A DNA stretch of 64,000 nt, from the NCBI GenBank assembly GCA_017404545.1, contig JAFRCC010000001.1, positions 2,335 through 66,334 on the forward strand, read 5' to 3'. Of the stretch, positions 7,284 to 17,189 are shown piece by piece. Made by a program: the position numbers and the translations under genes. Within the stretch, counting starts at the first letter, position 1. Each line of letters opens with the position of its first letter. Below the pieces are notes generated by a model. That model was given only the letters and a program-made list of their open reading frames with translations. It ran no database searches and was not told the DNA's origin. This DNA is from Clostridia bacterium (GTDB taxonomy: Bacteria > Bacillota > Clostridia > TANB77 > CAG-508).

Positions 7284-9884
7284 ATGAGTAAATATGATAT
7301 TGTAGATAGTACAGAATCATTACAAAAGTTAATTGAAAATGTAAGAAAAGCACAAAAGGAGTTTGCTACATTTTCACAAGAGAAAGTAGATAAGATATTT
7401 TTTGCCGCAGCAATGGCTGCAAACCAAGCAAGAATTCCACTTGCAAAACTTGCAGTTGAAGAAACAGGCATGGGTGTAATAGAGGATAAAGTTATAAAAA
7501 ATAACTATGCTGCAGAATACATCTATAATAAATATAAAAATGTTCAAACCGTTGGAGTTGTTGAAGAAGATAAATCATATGGATATAAGAAAGTACTAGA
7601 GCCAATTGGTTTAATTGGAGCTGTTATACCAACAACTAATCCAACATCAACAGCGATATTTAAAACACTTGTATGTTTAAAAACACGTAACGGAATTATT
7701 ATAAGCCCACATCCACGTGCTAAGAAATCAACAATAGAGGCTGCTAAAATAGTACTAGAAGCAGCTGTAAAAGCTGGTGCACCAAAAGGTATTATTGGAT
7801 GGATTGATGTTCCATCACTTGACTTAACAAATATGTTAATGGCAGAGTCAGATACAATTTTAGCAACTGGTGGACCTGGTATGGTTAAAGCTGCATATTC
7901 AAGCGGAAAGCCAGCCCTTGGAGTTGGTGCGGGAAATGTTCCAGCTGTTATTGATGAATCAGCAGATATTATATTAGCTGTTAACTCAATTATACATTCA
8001 AAAACATTCGATAACGGTATGATTTGCGCAAGCGAGCAATCTTGTATTGTTGATAGTAAAATATACAGCAAAGTAAAAGCTGAATTTGAAAAACGTGGAT
8101 GTTATTTCTTAAAAAAGAATGAAATTGAAAAAGTACGTAAAACAATATTAATTAATGGTGCATTAAATGCTAAAATAGTTGGACAAAAGGCAGCTACAAT
8201 AGCAGAGCTTGCTGGAGTTAAAGTTCCTGAAACAACTAAAGTATTAATCGGAGAAGTTGAAAGTGTAGATATTTCAGAAGAATTTGCTCATGAAAAATTA
8301 TCACCAGTTCTTGCTATGTACAAAGCAGAAAATTTCGATGATGCAATAGAAAAAGCAAGACATTTAATTTTTGATGGGGGACTTGGTCATACATCTTCAT
8401 TATTTATTAACACAATGACAGAGCAAGAAAAGATGCAAAAATTCTATAGTAGCATGCCAACATGCAGAGTTGTTATAAATATGCCTTCATCACAAGGTGG
8501 TATAGGTGATATCTATAACTTTAAAATGGCTCCATCACTAACACTTGGATGTGGAAGCTGGGGAGGAAACTCTGTATCAGAAAACGTTGGAATTAAACAC
8601 TTACTAAATACAAAAACAGTTGTTGAAAGGAGAAACAATATGCTTTGGGTTAGAATGCCAGAGAAGGTTTATATTAAGAGAGGTTGCTTACCTGTTGCAA
8701 TTGAAGAATTAAAATATGTAATGGATAAGAAGAGAGTATTTATTGTAACAGATAAATTCTTATTCGAAAATGGCTACACAAAAGTGGTAACAGATAAATT
8801 AGATGAAATGGGAATTGAACATACAACATTTTCTAATGTCGCTCCAGATCCAAACTTAGCATGTGCAAAAGAAGGTGCTAAATTGATGGCTGAATTTAAA
8901 CCTGATTGCATTATAGCAATTGGTGGTGGTTCAGCAATGGATGCAGGAAAAATTATGTGGGTTCTATATGAACATCCAGAAATTGACTTCTTAGATATGG
9001 CTATGAGATTTATGGATATTAGAAAACGTGTTTATACATTCCCTAAGATGGGTGAAAAAGCATACTTTATAGCTGTTCCAACATCAGCAGGTACTGGTTC
9101 AGAAGTAACTCCATTTGCTGTTATTACAGATGAACAAACAGGTGTTAAATATCCATTAGCTGACTATGAATTACTACCAAAGATGGCTATAGTAGACGCT
9201 GATATGATGATGAATGCTCCAAAAGGATTAACTTCAGCTTCAGGTATAGATGCATTGGTTCATAGTATCGAAGCTTATGTTTCAATGATGGCTACTGAAT
9301 TTACAGATAGCATGGCATTAGAAGCAATTAAAATAATCTTCGAATATTTACCAAGAGCATATAAGGAAGGCACTAAGGATCCTGTTGCTAGAGAAAAAAT
9401 GGCACATGCTGCAACGCTAGCTGGTATGGCATTTGCAAATGCATTCTTAGGAATTTGTCACTCAATGGGTCACAAACTTGGTGCATTCCACCATTTACCA
9501 CATGGTGTTACAGTATCGCTTGTATTAAATGATGTAATGAGATTTAACGCAGAAGAAGTTCCATACAAAATGGGAACATTCCCACAATATGATCATCCTC
9601 ATACATTAAGAAGATATGCAGAAATTGCTGAAGCACTTGGAATTACTGGAAAAGATGATAATGAAAAATTTGAAAAATTATTAGCTAAAATAGATGAATT
9701 AAAAGATGCAATTGAAATCAAACATACTATAAAAGACTATGGCATTAAAGAAGAAGATTTCTTAGCAACACTTGATGAAATGAGTGAGCAAGCATTTGAT
9801 GACCAATGTACAGGTGCAAACCCACGTTATCCAACAATTGAAGAAATTAAGAATCTATATCTAAAAGTATATTATGGCAAATAA
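7284..9884 (+). CDS. adhE: bifunctional acetaldehyde-CoA / alcohol dehydrogenase
   Basis: 866-aa ORF with an N-terminal aldehyde dehydrogenase domain and a C-terminal iron-type alcohol dehydrogenase domain (GGGSAMDAGK, HSMGHKLG). Confidence 0.97.
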   Translation: MSKYDIVDSTESLQKLIENVRKAQKEFATFSQEKVDKIFFAAAMAANQARIPLAKLAVEETGMGVIEDKVIKNNYAAEYIYNKYKNVQTVGVVEEDKSYGYKKVLEPIGLIGAVIPTTNPTSTAIFKTLVCLKTRNGIIISPHPRAKKSTIEAAKIVLEAAVKAGAPKGIIGWIDVPSLDLTNMLMAESDTILATGGPGMVKAAYSSGKPALGVGAGNVPAVIDESADIILAVNSIIHSKTFDNGMICASEQSCIVDSKIYSKVKAEFEKRGCYFLKKNEIEKVRKTILINGALNAKIVGQKAATIAELAGVKVPETTKVLIGEVESVDISEEFAHEKLSPVLAMYKAENFDDAIEKARHLIFDGGLGHTSSLFINTMTEQEKMQKFYSSMPTCRVVINMPSSQGGIGDIYNFKMAPSLTLGCGSWGGNSVSENVGIKHLLNTKTVVERRNNMLWVRMPEKVYIKRGCLPVAIEELKYVMDKKRVFIVTDKFLFENGYTKVVTDKLDEMGIEHTTFSNVAPDPNLACAKEGAKLMAEFKPDCIIAIGGGSAMDAGKIMWVLYEHPEIDFLDMAMRFMDIRKRVYTFPKMGEKAYFIAVPTSAGTGSEVTPFAVITDEQTGVKYPLADYELLPKMAIVDADMMMNAPKGLTSASGIDALVHSIEAYVSMMATEFTDSMALEAIKIIFEYLPRAYKEGTKDPVAREKMAHAATLAGMAFANAFLGICHSMGHKLGAFHHLPHGVTVSLVLNDVMRFNAEEVPYKMGTFPQYDHPHTLRRYAEIAEALGITGKDDNEKFEKLLAKIDELKDAIEIKHTIKDYGIKEEDFLATLDEMSEQAFDDQCTGANPRYPTIEEIKNLYLKVYYGK

Positions 9885-9963
9885 TATGTGGCAAGATTTG
9901 TATATTAAGCTACTAAAGCCCAAGCAAAAGAGCTTTAGTACCATTTGAATGGAGGTAAATTAT

Positions 9964-10725
9964 ATGAGTTATAAATTAGACAATCCAATTGTAAAAAGAG
10001 CTACAAAAGTTGTGTATAAGGATAATGGTAATACGATTAAACTATTTAATGATGGATATTCAAAAGCAAATATTTTTAACGAAGCGTTGAATCAAGCTAG
10101 AGTTGAAGAAAGTACAGATTTAAAAATTTCAAAGCTAAAAGAAGTTTCTATTGTAGAGAATAAGTTAGGTATAGTTTCTGAATACATTTGTGGAGATACA
10201 TTAGAGGATTTAATGGAAAAGAATCCAGATAAAATTGAAGAATATTTAAATACATTTGTTGATATTCAAATGGAGATTTTTTCAAAGAAAGTTCCTCTCT
10301 TAAATAGAATGAAAGATAAATATAGAAATAGAATTAGTGAATCGGATTTATTTGAAGATAATATAAAATATGATTTATTACAAAGGTTAGAAGGGATGAA
10401 AAATCATTTTAAACTTTGCCATGGAGATTTCGTTCCAAGTAATATTATAATAACTGAAAATGGAGAGCATTATGTAATAGATTGGGCTCATGTAACTGTT
10501 GGAAATGCTTCAGGTGATGTTGCATTAACTTATTTAAAATTTTGTATGATGGGGAAAAAGGAACTCGCTGAAAAATATTTAGATTTATATGCTGAAAAGA
10601 GCAATACAGATAAAAATTATATTCAACAATGGATTCCTATTGCTGCTGCTATTCAGTATACAAAACAAATATCAGAGGAAAAAGAAATTTTAAAACAATG
10701 GATTGATGTTGTTGAACCTCAATAA
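9964..10725 (+). CDS. phosphotransferase (APH/choline kinase family) protein
   Basis: ORF 9949-10725. GGAGG precedes ATG 9964. The catalytic loop is HGDFVPSNIII followed by IDWAHV. Confidence 0.75.
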   Translation: MSYKLDNPIVKRATKVVYKDNGNTIKLFNDGYSKANIFNEALNQARVEESTDLKISKLKEVSIVENKLGIVSEYICGDTLEDLMEKNPDKIEEYLNTFVDIQMEIFSKKVPLLNRMKDKYRNRISESDLFEDNIKYDLLQRLEGMKNHFKLCHGDFVPSNIIITENGEHYVIDWAHVTVGNASGDVALTYLKFCMMGKKELAEKYLDLYAEKSNTDKNYIQQWIPIAAAIQYTKQISEEKEILKQWIDVVEPQ

Positions 10726-10741
10726 TTAAGTAAATACTGTT

Positions 10742-10792
10742 AAATTTGACAGAATGCATTATATATATTGTTATTCTGTCAAATTTATTTTC
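10742..10792 (+). terminator. intrinsic terminator
   Basis: 14-bp stem AAATTTGACAGAAT / ATTCTGTCAAATTT followed by ATTTTC. Confidence 0.8.
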
Positions 10793-10901
10793 TATTTATA
10801 TTTAATATGGTATACTAGGCGTACAGAATATAGAAAATAAATATCAAAAAGATTATATGAAGATAGATGACGTTTTAGAAAAGAAGTAAAGGAAAAGATA
10901 T

Positions 10902-11660
10902 ATGATTAAGATAATTGTAATAGTAGTAGCAATTGTTCTTATATTTGTGATAATAGCCTATAGTGACTATATTAGCTGGTTCTTTAAACTTTTAAAGGGC
11001 GAAATACAGCACAATAACAACTTAAATAAATTGATGAATAAGAATAAAAAAAATAGTTTAGTAAGTAAAAAAGATATAAAGAAATATCTTGAGATGATTG
11101 ATTTAAATATACGTAAATTAGGATATCCATTGAAGTCAGAATACAAGTTATTAGAAGAGCTTGAACGCAAACTAATGTACTCTAGATTTGATAACAAGTA
11201 TATTCAGGAGCTATTTAAATCAATATATGAATATATGGGAATTAATGGAGAAGAGCTTAAATTTACAATTAGAAGAACTTCTAGTAGAACCCAAACACCT
11301 GTAGCAGGGAGCTATAATGAAATAAACAAAGAAGTAACGTTGGAAGTATCAACATATACTACAATAGATCAAGTTATTTCAACGTTATCCCATGAATTGT
11401 CGCATCATATTTTATTATCAAATAAGGTTGAGCTTAAAAATAGATTGGATAATGAAATATTAACTGATTTAACTGCTATATACATGGGATTTCACAAGTA
11501 TTTTTACAAAGCATATAGGGATAAAAGCAGAATTATATATGAAGGAGAATTTCTAGAGCTTGTAGATAGAAAAAAATTGGGCTATATTGGATATAGAGAT
11601 GTAAAATTTGCAGAAAAATTATCAAAAAAATATAAAAATACCAGTAAAGCAATACACTAA
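10902..11660 (+). CDS. membrane-anchored putative zinc metallopeptidase (HExxH)
   Basis: 252-aa ORF with an N-terminal TM helix and the motif LSHELSHHIL. I did not recognise the family. Confidence 0.65.
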   Translation: MIKIIVIVVAIVLIFVIIAYSDYISWFFKLLKGEIQHNNNLNKLMNKNKKNSLVSKKDIKKYLEMIDLNIRKLGYPLKSEYKLLEELERKLMYSRFDNKYIQELFKSIYEYMGINGEELKFTIRRTSSRTQTPVAGSYNEINKEVTLEVSTYTTIDQVISTLSHELSHHILLSNKVELKNRLDNEILTDLTAIYMGFHKYFYKAYRDKSRIIYEGEFLELVDRKKLGYIGYRDVKFAEKLSKKYKNTSKAIH

Positions 11661-11731
11661 AAGCGTTTAAATAAATCAAAAGATGAATAATAATTAATGC
11701 ATAATTTACTTAGTAGAAAGGTTGGTTTGAA

Positions 11732-13210
11732 ATGGAAAAATTTGAAAAATTACTAGATTATTTAAAGCAGGTTGAATATTTGGGATATACAGTTGCAATG
11801 CTTAGGTGGGAGATGGATACGGTGGCATCTAAAAAGTCATACGACTATTTAATTGACGTTAGTACAAAATACGAGATCGAATCATTTAGATTAACGCAGA
11901 GCAATGAGTATATAGAATTAATTGAAGATGTGGCTAATAGTGACGAATTTAATAAACTAAATGAAATGCAAAAACATTATTTATCAAGTTTAAAGAAAGA
12001 TTTTTACAAGATGAAAAATGTGCCAGAAGAATTTTACAAGGGCTACTGCGAGCTTAGGAATAAATCATTAAACTCATGGGTAGAGGCAAAAGAGAAAAAC
12101 GATTATGAAATATTTAAACCATATTTGATACAAATAATTAGTGAAACAAAAAAATTGTACAATTATATTTATCCAGATAGCACAAATTTATATGATTGTA
12201 TGTTAAATGACTACGAAGAAGGGATAAAATCTGAACAAATAGATAAATTATTTACTGACCTAAAAGAGCAAATAATACCAATTATTAGAAATTTAAAAGT
12301 AAATAATGAGGAAAAATTAGATAAGAAATATACAGATGAAGAGCTAGTAAACTTTGGAAAATTTTTACTTGAATATATTGGATTTGATAATACAAGAGGA
12401 GCTCTTGGAATTTATACTCATGGATATACAATGAAGCTAAATAATAATGATGTTAGAATTACATTTTCAAATGATAATGATATAACAGATATTTGCTCAA
12501 CAATTATACATGAAGGTGGCCATGGTATATTTGAGCAAAATATTGATGAATCGTTAGCAAAATTTTACACGTATGATATAGATAAAATTGCTCTTCATGA
12601 GAGCCAATCGAGATTCTTCGAAAATATATTAGGAAGAAATATTAATTTTTGGAAGCCAATATACAATGATGTTAAAGAGCAATTGAATCTTGATATACCA
12701 ATAGAAGATTTTGTAAAAATGTTTAACAATGCAAGGCCATCAAACATACGAACTAAGGCTGATGAATTAACATATTGTATGCATATTATAATTAGATATG
12801 AGCTGGAAAGAGCAATATTTAATGGAGATGTTGATTTTGACAAATTACCACAAATGTGGAATGAAAAGTATAAAGAGTATTTAGGTCTAGATATTTCAAA
12901 CGATGCAGAGGGAATTTTACAAGATATGCATTGGTCAGAGGGGGCATTTGGGTATTTTCCTTCATATTTGCTTGGTTCAATTTTCGACGGAATGTTACTA
13001 GAAACCATAAATGAAAAGCTTGGAAAAGTTGATCAAATGCTTGAGCAAGGAAGAATAAGAGAAATAACGAAATTTCTAAACGAAAACATACACAAATATG
13101 GTGGGGTTTACAATATTAATGAAGTAGCAAAACGTGTTTGTGGTAAAGAGCTTGAAGTTGATGGAATAGTGAAATATTTTAACAATAAGTATGGAAATAT
13201 AGAGAAATAA
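11732..13210 (+). CDS. carboxypeptidase M32 (Taq-type thermostable carboxypeptidase family)
   Basis: 492-aa ORF with the M32 motifs HEGGHG, HESQSRFFEN, IRTKADELTY and GILQDMHWS. Confidence 0.92.
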   Translation: MEKFEKLLDYLKQVEYLGYTVAMLRWEMDTVASKKSYDYLIDVSTKYEIESFRLTQSNEYIELIEDVANSDEFNKLNEMQKHYLSSLKKDFYKMKNVPEEFYKGYCELRNKSLNSWVEAKEKNDYEIFKPYLIQIISETKKLYNYIYPDSTNLYDCMLNDYEEGIKSEQIDKLFTDLKEQIIPIIRNLKVNNEEKLDKKYTDEELVNFGKFLLEYIGFDNTRGALGIYTHGYTMKLNNNDVRITFSNDNDITDICSTIIHEGGHGIFEQNIDESLAKFYTYDIDKIALHESQSRFFENILGRNINFWKPIYNDVKEQLNLDIPIEDFVKMFNNARPSNIRTKADELTYCMHIIIRYELERAIFNGDVDFDKLPQMWNEKYKEYLGLDISNDAEGILQDMHWSEGAFGYFPSYLLGSIFDGMLLETINEKLGKVDQMLEQGRIREITKFLNENIHKYGGVYNINEVAKRVCGKELEVDGIVKYFNNKYGNIEK

Positions 13211-13224
13211 AAGGGGTATTTAAT

Positions 13225-13779
13225 TTGAAGGATAAACTATTGATTTTTAAGGATGAAGGAATTGGATTTAAAAAGACAATATACATAATATTGCTAATAA
13301 TGGTGTGCAGTGGCTTTTTTGGATTTGTTTATGAGATGCTTTTCTATAGAATAGATTTAGGTTATTTTATAAAGAGAGGATCTACATTTGGACCATGGAT
13401 ACCAATTTATGCATTTGGGGGTTTATTTATTACAGCATTTACATATAAATTAAAGAAGCATCCATCTGTGGTGTTTCTTGTAAATTGTGTAATTACTGGA
13501 GTATTAGAATATGCAACAGGCTGGGTACTTTGGGAATTTTTTCATAAGCGATTGTGGGACTATAACGTAGAGATATGGAACTGGGGAAATATTAATGGAT
13601 ATATATGTTTTAGGTCAATCTTATTCTTTGGGTTATCTAGTTTATTTTTAATATATATGGTGGTTCCAAGTATAAAGAAAATTGCTAATAAAATTTCGGA
13701 AAAGAGCTTGGCAATTATATCGTGCACTTTGGGTTGTATTTTCGGTATAGATATGTTATTGTATATGATTTTAAAATAA
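13225..13779 (+). CDS. multi-pass membrane protein (putative ABC-transporter type IV / DUF1113-like)
   Basis: 184-aa ORF with a TTG start after AAGGGG. It has 4-5 hydrophobic helices and GPWIPIYAFGG. Family assignment is from memory. Confidence 0.65.
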   Translation: MKDKLLIFKDEGIGFKKTIYIILLIMVCSGFFGFVYEMLFYRIDLGYFIKRGSTFGPWIPIYAFGGLFITAFTYKLKKHPSVVFLVNCVITGVLEYATGWVLWEFFHKRLWDYNVEIWNWGNINGYICFRSILFFGLSSLFLIYMVVPSIKKIANKISEKSLAIISCTLGCIFGIDMLLYMILK

Positions 13780-13801
13780 GATTTTTTTTGAAGGTGGTAG
13801 T

Positions 13802-14383
13802 ATGAAAATAATATTAGCATCAGGTTCACCACGAAGGAAAGACCTTTTAAATTTGGTTGTGCCTGAGTTTGAAATTCAAGTAAGCGGAATAGATGAAACT
13901 TTACAAGAAGGATTAACTCCAGAAGAGCAGGTAACAAGGCTTGCTTTTATAAAAGCAAAGGATATATTTGATAAAACAAATGGAAACAGAATTGTAATAG
14001 GCTCAGATACTGTTGTTGTAAGAGATGGTGAAATATTTGGAAAGCCAAAAAGTAGAGCCCATGCTAAGAGCATGATTAAAAGTTTTTTGGAGGGAAATAG
14101 AACACATAGTATATTAACTGGCTTGAGCGTTCTTATTTATAAGGATGGAGAATATGAAGAGCATAAAACTTTTGATGAAGTAAAAGTATACTTAAAGGAT
14201 ATATCAGACGATGAAATAGATAGATGGATTGATACTGGTAATGCCATGGATAAGGCTGGTGCATATGGAATACAAAATGAATTTTGTGTGCATGTTGAAA
14301 AAATTGAAGGTAATTATTCTACAATGATAGGTTTGCCAACACATATTCTATATGACATTATAAAACCATATATACTTAATTAA
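13802..14383 (+). CDS. maf: Maf-like nucleoside triphosphate pyrophosphatase
   Basis: 193-aa ORF with MKIILASGSPRRKDLL, IGSDTVV and AGAYGIQ. Confidence 0.92.
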   Translation: MKIILASGSPRRKDLLNLVVPEFEIQVSGIDETLQEGLTPEEQVTRLAFIKAKDIFDKTNGNRIVIGSDTVVVRDGEIFGKPKSRAHAKSMIKSFLEGNRTHSILTGLSVLIYKDGEYEEHKTFDEVKVYLKDISDDEIDRWIDTGNAMDKAGAYGIQNEFCVHVEKIEGNYSTMIGLPTHILYDIIKPYILN

Positions 14384-14404
14384 ATAGTTTGGGGAGGATT
14401 TTGT

Positions 14405-15508
14405 ATGGATAGATCTAAGGTTATTATAAAAACAAGCATTAAAGCAATAATTGTTAATATTTTCCTTGTAATTTTTAAAGCAATAGTTGGATTTTTAGCT
14501 AATTCTATTGCAATTATATTAGACGCAGTAAATAACTTGAGTGATGCTGTATCGTCTATAATAACCATAGTTGGAGCTAAACTTGCAAATAAAGCTCCAG
14601 ATAAAGAGCACCCATATGGCCATGGGAGAATTGAATATATTGCTTCTGTAATAATAGCGTTAATTATATTGCTGGCAGGTTTCACATCACTAAAAGAATC
14701 CATTGAGAAAATAATATTTCCTAGCGAAGTAAACTATTCCGTTGCTTCAATTATTGTTGTTGCAGCTGCTGTATTTGTTAAATTTTTTTTAGGTCGATAT
14801 GTAAAAAATACAGGGAAGAGAATAGATTCTCAGAGCTTAATTGCTTCTGGTACAGATGCCTTCTTTGATGCAGTGGTATCATTTTCTACGTTAATAGCTG
14901 CAGTGGCAAATATTGTGTGGGGATTAAAATTAGAAGGATACATTGGTATAGTTATATCTGCATTGATTATTAAATCTGGTATAGAAATTTTAAAAGAAAC
15001 ATTAAATACAATAATTGGAACAAGAGCAAATGGCGAATTATCAACAAAATTAAAGGAAAGAATAAATCAATTTGATAAAGTTTACGGAACATATGACTTA
15101 ATGTTACATAGTTATGGGCCATCTAAGATAATGGGAGCTGCAAATATTCAAGTAGATGAAAAAATGACAGCAAAAGAAATTCATGGATTAACTAAAACAA
15201 TTCAAGGAACAATTTATAAAGAGTTTGGAATAATACTTATTCTTGGTATATATGCAACAAACGAAAGTGACGAGGGTGCTGTTCAAATTGAAAAGGACTT
15301 AAGAGCAATAATTGCTGAATACAAAGAAATAATACAGTTACATGGTTTCTATGTGGATAACGAAAAGAAAACAATTAACTTTGATATTATAATTGACTTT
15401 TCTGCGGATAATCCAAAGAAAATAAAGGATGAAGTATATGAAAGAATTAAAGAAAAATATCCAGAATATAAATACTATATTGTAATAGATAGTGATTTTA
15501 CAGATTAG
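14405..15508 (+). CDS. cation diffusion facilitator family transporter
   Basis: 367-aa ORF with six TM helices and the motifs LDAVNNLSD and HPYGHGRIEY, plus a cytoplasmic C-terminal domain. Confidence 0.9.
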   Translation: MDRSKVIIKTSIKAIIVNIFLVIFKAIVGFLANSIAIILDAVNNLSDAVSSIITIVGAKLANKAPDKEHPYGHGRIEYIASVIIALIILLAGFTSLKESIEKIIFPSEVNYSVASIIVVAAAVFVKFFLGRYVKNTGKRIDSQSLIASGTDAFFDAVVSFSTLIAAVANIVWGLKLEGYIGIVISALIIKSGIEILKETLNTIIGTRANGELSTKLKERINQFDKVYGTYDLMLHSYGPSKIMGAANIQVDEKMTAKEIHGLTKTIQGTIYKEFGIILILGIYATNESDEGAVQIEKDLRAIIAEYKEIIQLHGFYVDNEKKTINFDIIIDFSADNPKKIKDEVYERIKEKYPEYKYYIVIDSDFTD

Positions 15509-15600
15509 GAATGGTTCTGTTTCGTGCGAATGGGAGGCGTAATAAAAAAATATTAGTTTAATTAAATTTTGTGCCGTTAATGAAAGGAATAATAGTTAAT

Positions 15601-16281
15601 ATGGAAAATATGGTAAATATTAAATATTTAATTTTAGATATGGGATATGTACTTGTAAAGCCAACATCAGGTGATTGGCTTGTTACACCAGTATTATTAA
15701 AAAATGTTGATATAAATGAGATAGATATAAAAAAGGCATCTAAAATTATGTCTGAGCTTGGACATACATTAGATGGAAAAGTAGAGACTTTAGACGAAGA
15801 AAAAGAAATGATGATGAAGTTTTATACAGAAGTGTTTAAAAGGCTAGAATATGATATTACCAAGGAAAAAGTAACAGAAATTGTTGATGACTTTGTTTAT
15901 AATTTGAGTGATACAAAATATACAATGTACAATGATGTTAAAGAGCAATTAGAAAGATTATCAAAGAAATATACATTGCTTATGCTATCTGATAACTGGC
16001 CTTGTGCGTATAGATACTTAGAGAAACATGGCATTGATAAATACTTTGATAAAGTTTATATTTCTTCAGTATATGGAGAGCTTAAAAGAGATAAAGTATT
16101 ATTTAATCATCCAATAAATGACTACAATATTAAAGCTGGAGAAGCATGCTTTGTAGATGATAAAGAAACTTTACTTGATATTGCTGTGGAGAAGAACTTA
16201 GAGGTTATGTTAATGGATAGAGGAAATAAAATACATAACTCAAAGTATAAAACAATTAAATGTTTAGGTGATATAGATTAA
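15601..16281 (+). CDS. HAD-superfamily hydrolase
   Basis: ORF 15571-16281 with a DxG-type start of the HAD fold (LILDMGYVLV) and a later SDN motif. The start is ambiguous among ATG 15580, 15601 and 15610. Confidence 0.7.
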   Translation: MENMVNIKYLILDMGYVLVKPTSGDWLVTPVLLKNVDINEIDIKKASKIMSELGHTLDGKVETLDEEKEMMMKFYTEVFKRLEYDITKEKVTEIVDDFVYNLSDTKYTMYNDVKEQLERLSKKYTLLMLSDNWPCAYRYLEKHGIDKYFDKVYISSVYGELKRDKVLFNHPINDYNIKAGEACFVDDKETLLDIAVEKNLEVMLMDRGNKIHNSKYKTIKCLGDID

Positions 16282-16325
16282 GAAATTACTACCATTTAAA
16301 TAACAAGTAAAAAAGATGAGCTCTG

Positions 16326-16361
16326 TGAGTTTAATAGAAATAATTCATAAACTCATTTTTT
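16326..16361 (+). terminator. intrinsic terminator
   Basis: Stem TGAGTTTA / TAAACTCA followed by T5. Confidence 0.65.
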
Positions 16362-16371
16362 AGAGATTCAT

Positions 16372-16400
16372 TTGACTTTATATAAATTAAATGCTATAAT
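16372..16400 (+). promoter_or_regulatory. sigma-A type promoter of the GC-rich cassette
   Basis: TTGACT (16372-16377), 17-nt spacer, TGcTATAAT (TATAAT at 16395-16400). Confidence 0.6.
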
Positions 16401-16513
16401 CATAACATTCCGTGTGGATGGTTGAAAAACTGAGTGTAGCAAGTTCTTTCAGTAACTCAGTACCACCACAAATCCATAAGCAAATTGAATCAACAAAGAA
16501 AGGAGCTAAACTT

Positions 16514-17071
16514 ATGGAATTGCTGGAAAATATTTTCGCCCAACTGCCGTCGAAGAAATTTGGTGATGATACTACGATATACTTCGACAAAACTGGAAAA
16601 AATGTACTTTTTATTGTTCAAAATGGCACTTACACCTACTTGGTGGAAACTGGTGAGGGAGAAGATAAGAAATACATTATGAAGACTGAGCTGGTGCCGG
16701 GATTATGTGCAGAATGCGTGGTTGATCCGAAGAGATTCTGGGTTATCCCGAATATTGACGAAATGGATATGTGTGAGTCGATGGGCTTTTTCGACATTAA
16801 GAGCGAGGTTGCATGTGTGATGTGCGACAAGGTATTCGAAGTTGTAAGCTACACTATACTTGAAACACCGGCATTCAGAGGTAGTTTGTTTTCTAATTCA
16901 ACAATAAGTGTTCTTGCAACTAATCCGCAGGGGAAAGCATACGCTATCCCATTTCTCGTTGATGAGGGAGTACGGGGCTGTGATGGTAATCCGTGCGGCA
17001 GCGTGATAGGCGAAGCATATCGCTTTAATACGCTTGGTAGAGTGGTAGATGACTTGATTATTGAGCTGTAA
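16514..17071 (+). CDS. hypothetical protein (185 aa), compositionally foreign, Cys-pair containing
   Basis: ORF 16412-17071. GAAAGGAG lies 8 nt before ATG 16514. Codon usage (CTG, CCG, GCG) is unlike neighbouring genes. It contains CAEC ... CVMC pairs and CDGNPC. I recognised no family. Confidence 0.65.
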   Translation: MELLENIFAQLPSKKFGDDTTIYFDKTGKNVLFIVQNGTYTYLVETGEGEDKKYIMKTELVPGLCAECVVDPKRFWVIPNIDEMDMCESMGFFDIKSEVACVMCDKVFEVVSYTILETPAFRGSLFSNSTISVLATNPQGKAYAIPFLVDEGVRGCDGNPCGSVIGEAYRFNTLGRVVDDLIIEL

Positions 17072-17076
17072 AAAAT

Positions 17077-17107
17077 AGCCGGGAATCCGCAAGGAAACCC
17101 GGCTTTG
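17077..17107 (+). terminator. GC-rich stem-loop terminator
   Basis: AGCCGGG-AA-TCC-GCAA-GGA-AA-CCCGGCT followed by a short TTT. Confidence 0.55.
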
Positions 17108-17189
17108 CAGTGCTCTTTGGAGTAAATTATAATTGACTATTGAAGAATTATTTGTTAGTATTGATGATAGTTAGGAAGGGAGACACTAC

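Noticed and set aside
7544-8071. 175-aa minus-strand ORF. Similar long antisense ORFs occur at 18488-19159, 33288-34007, 44555-45031, 12595-13008 and 62600-62944.
   Set aside because: Each lies entirely antisense within a strongly supported conserved gene (adhE, the permease, sufB, rdgB, the M32 peptidase, the deacetylase). None has an RBS, and their translations are low-complexity. I treat them as shadow ORFs.
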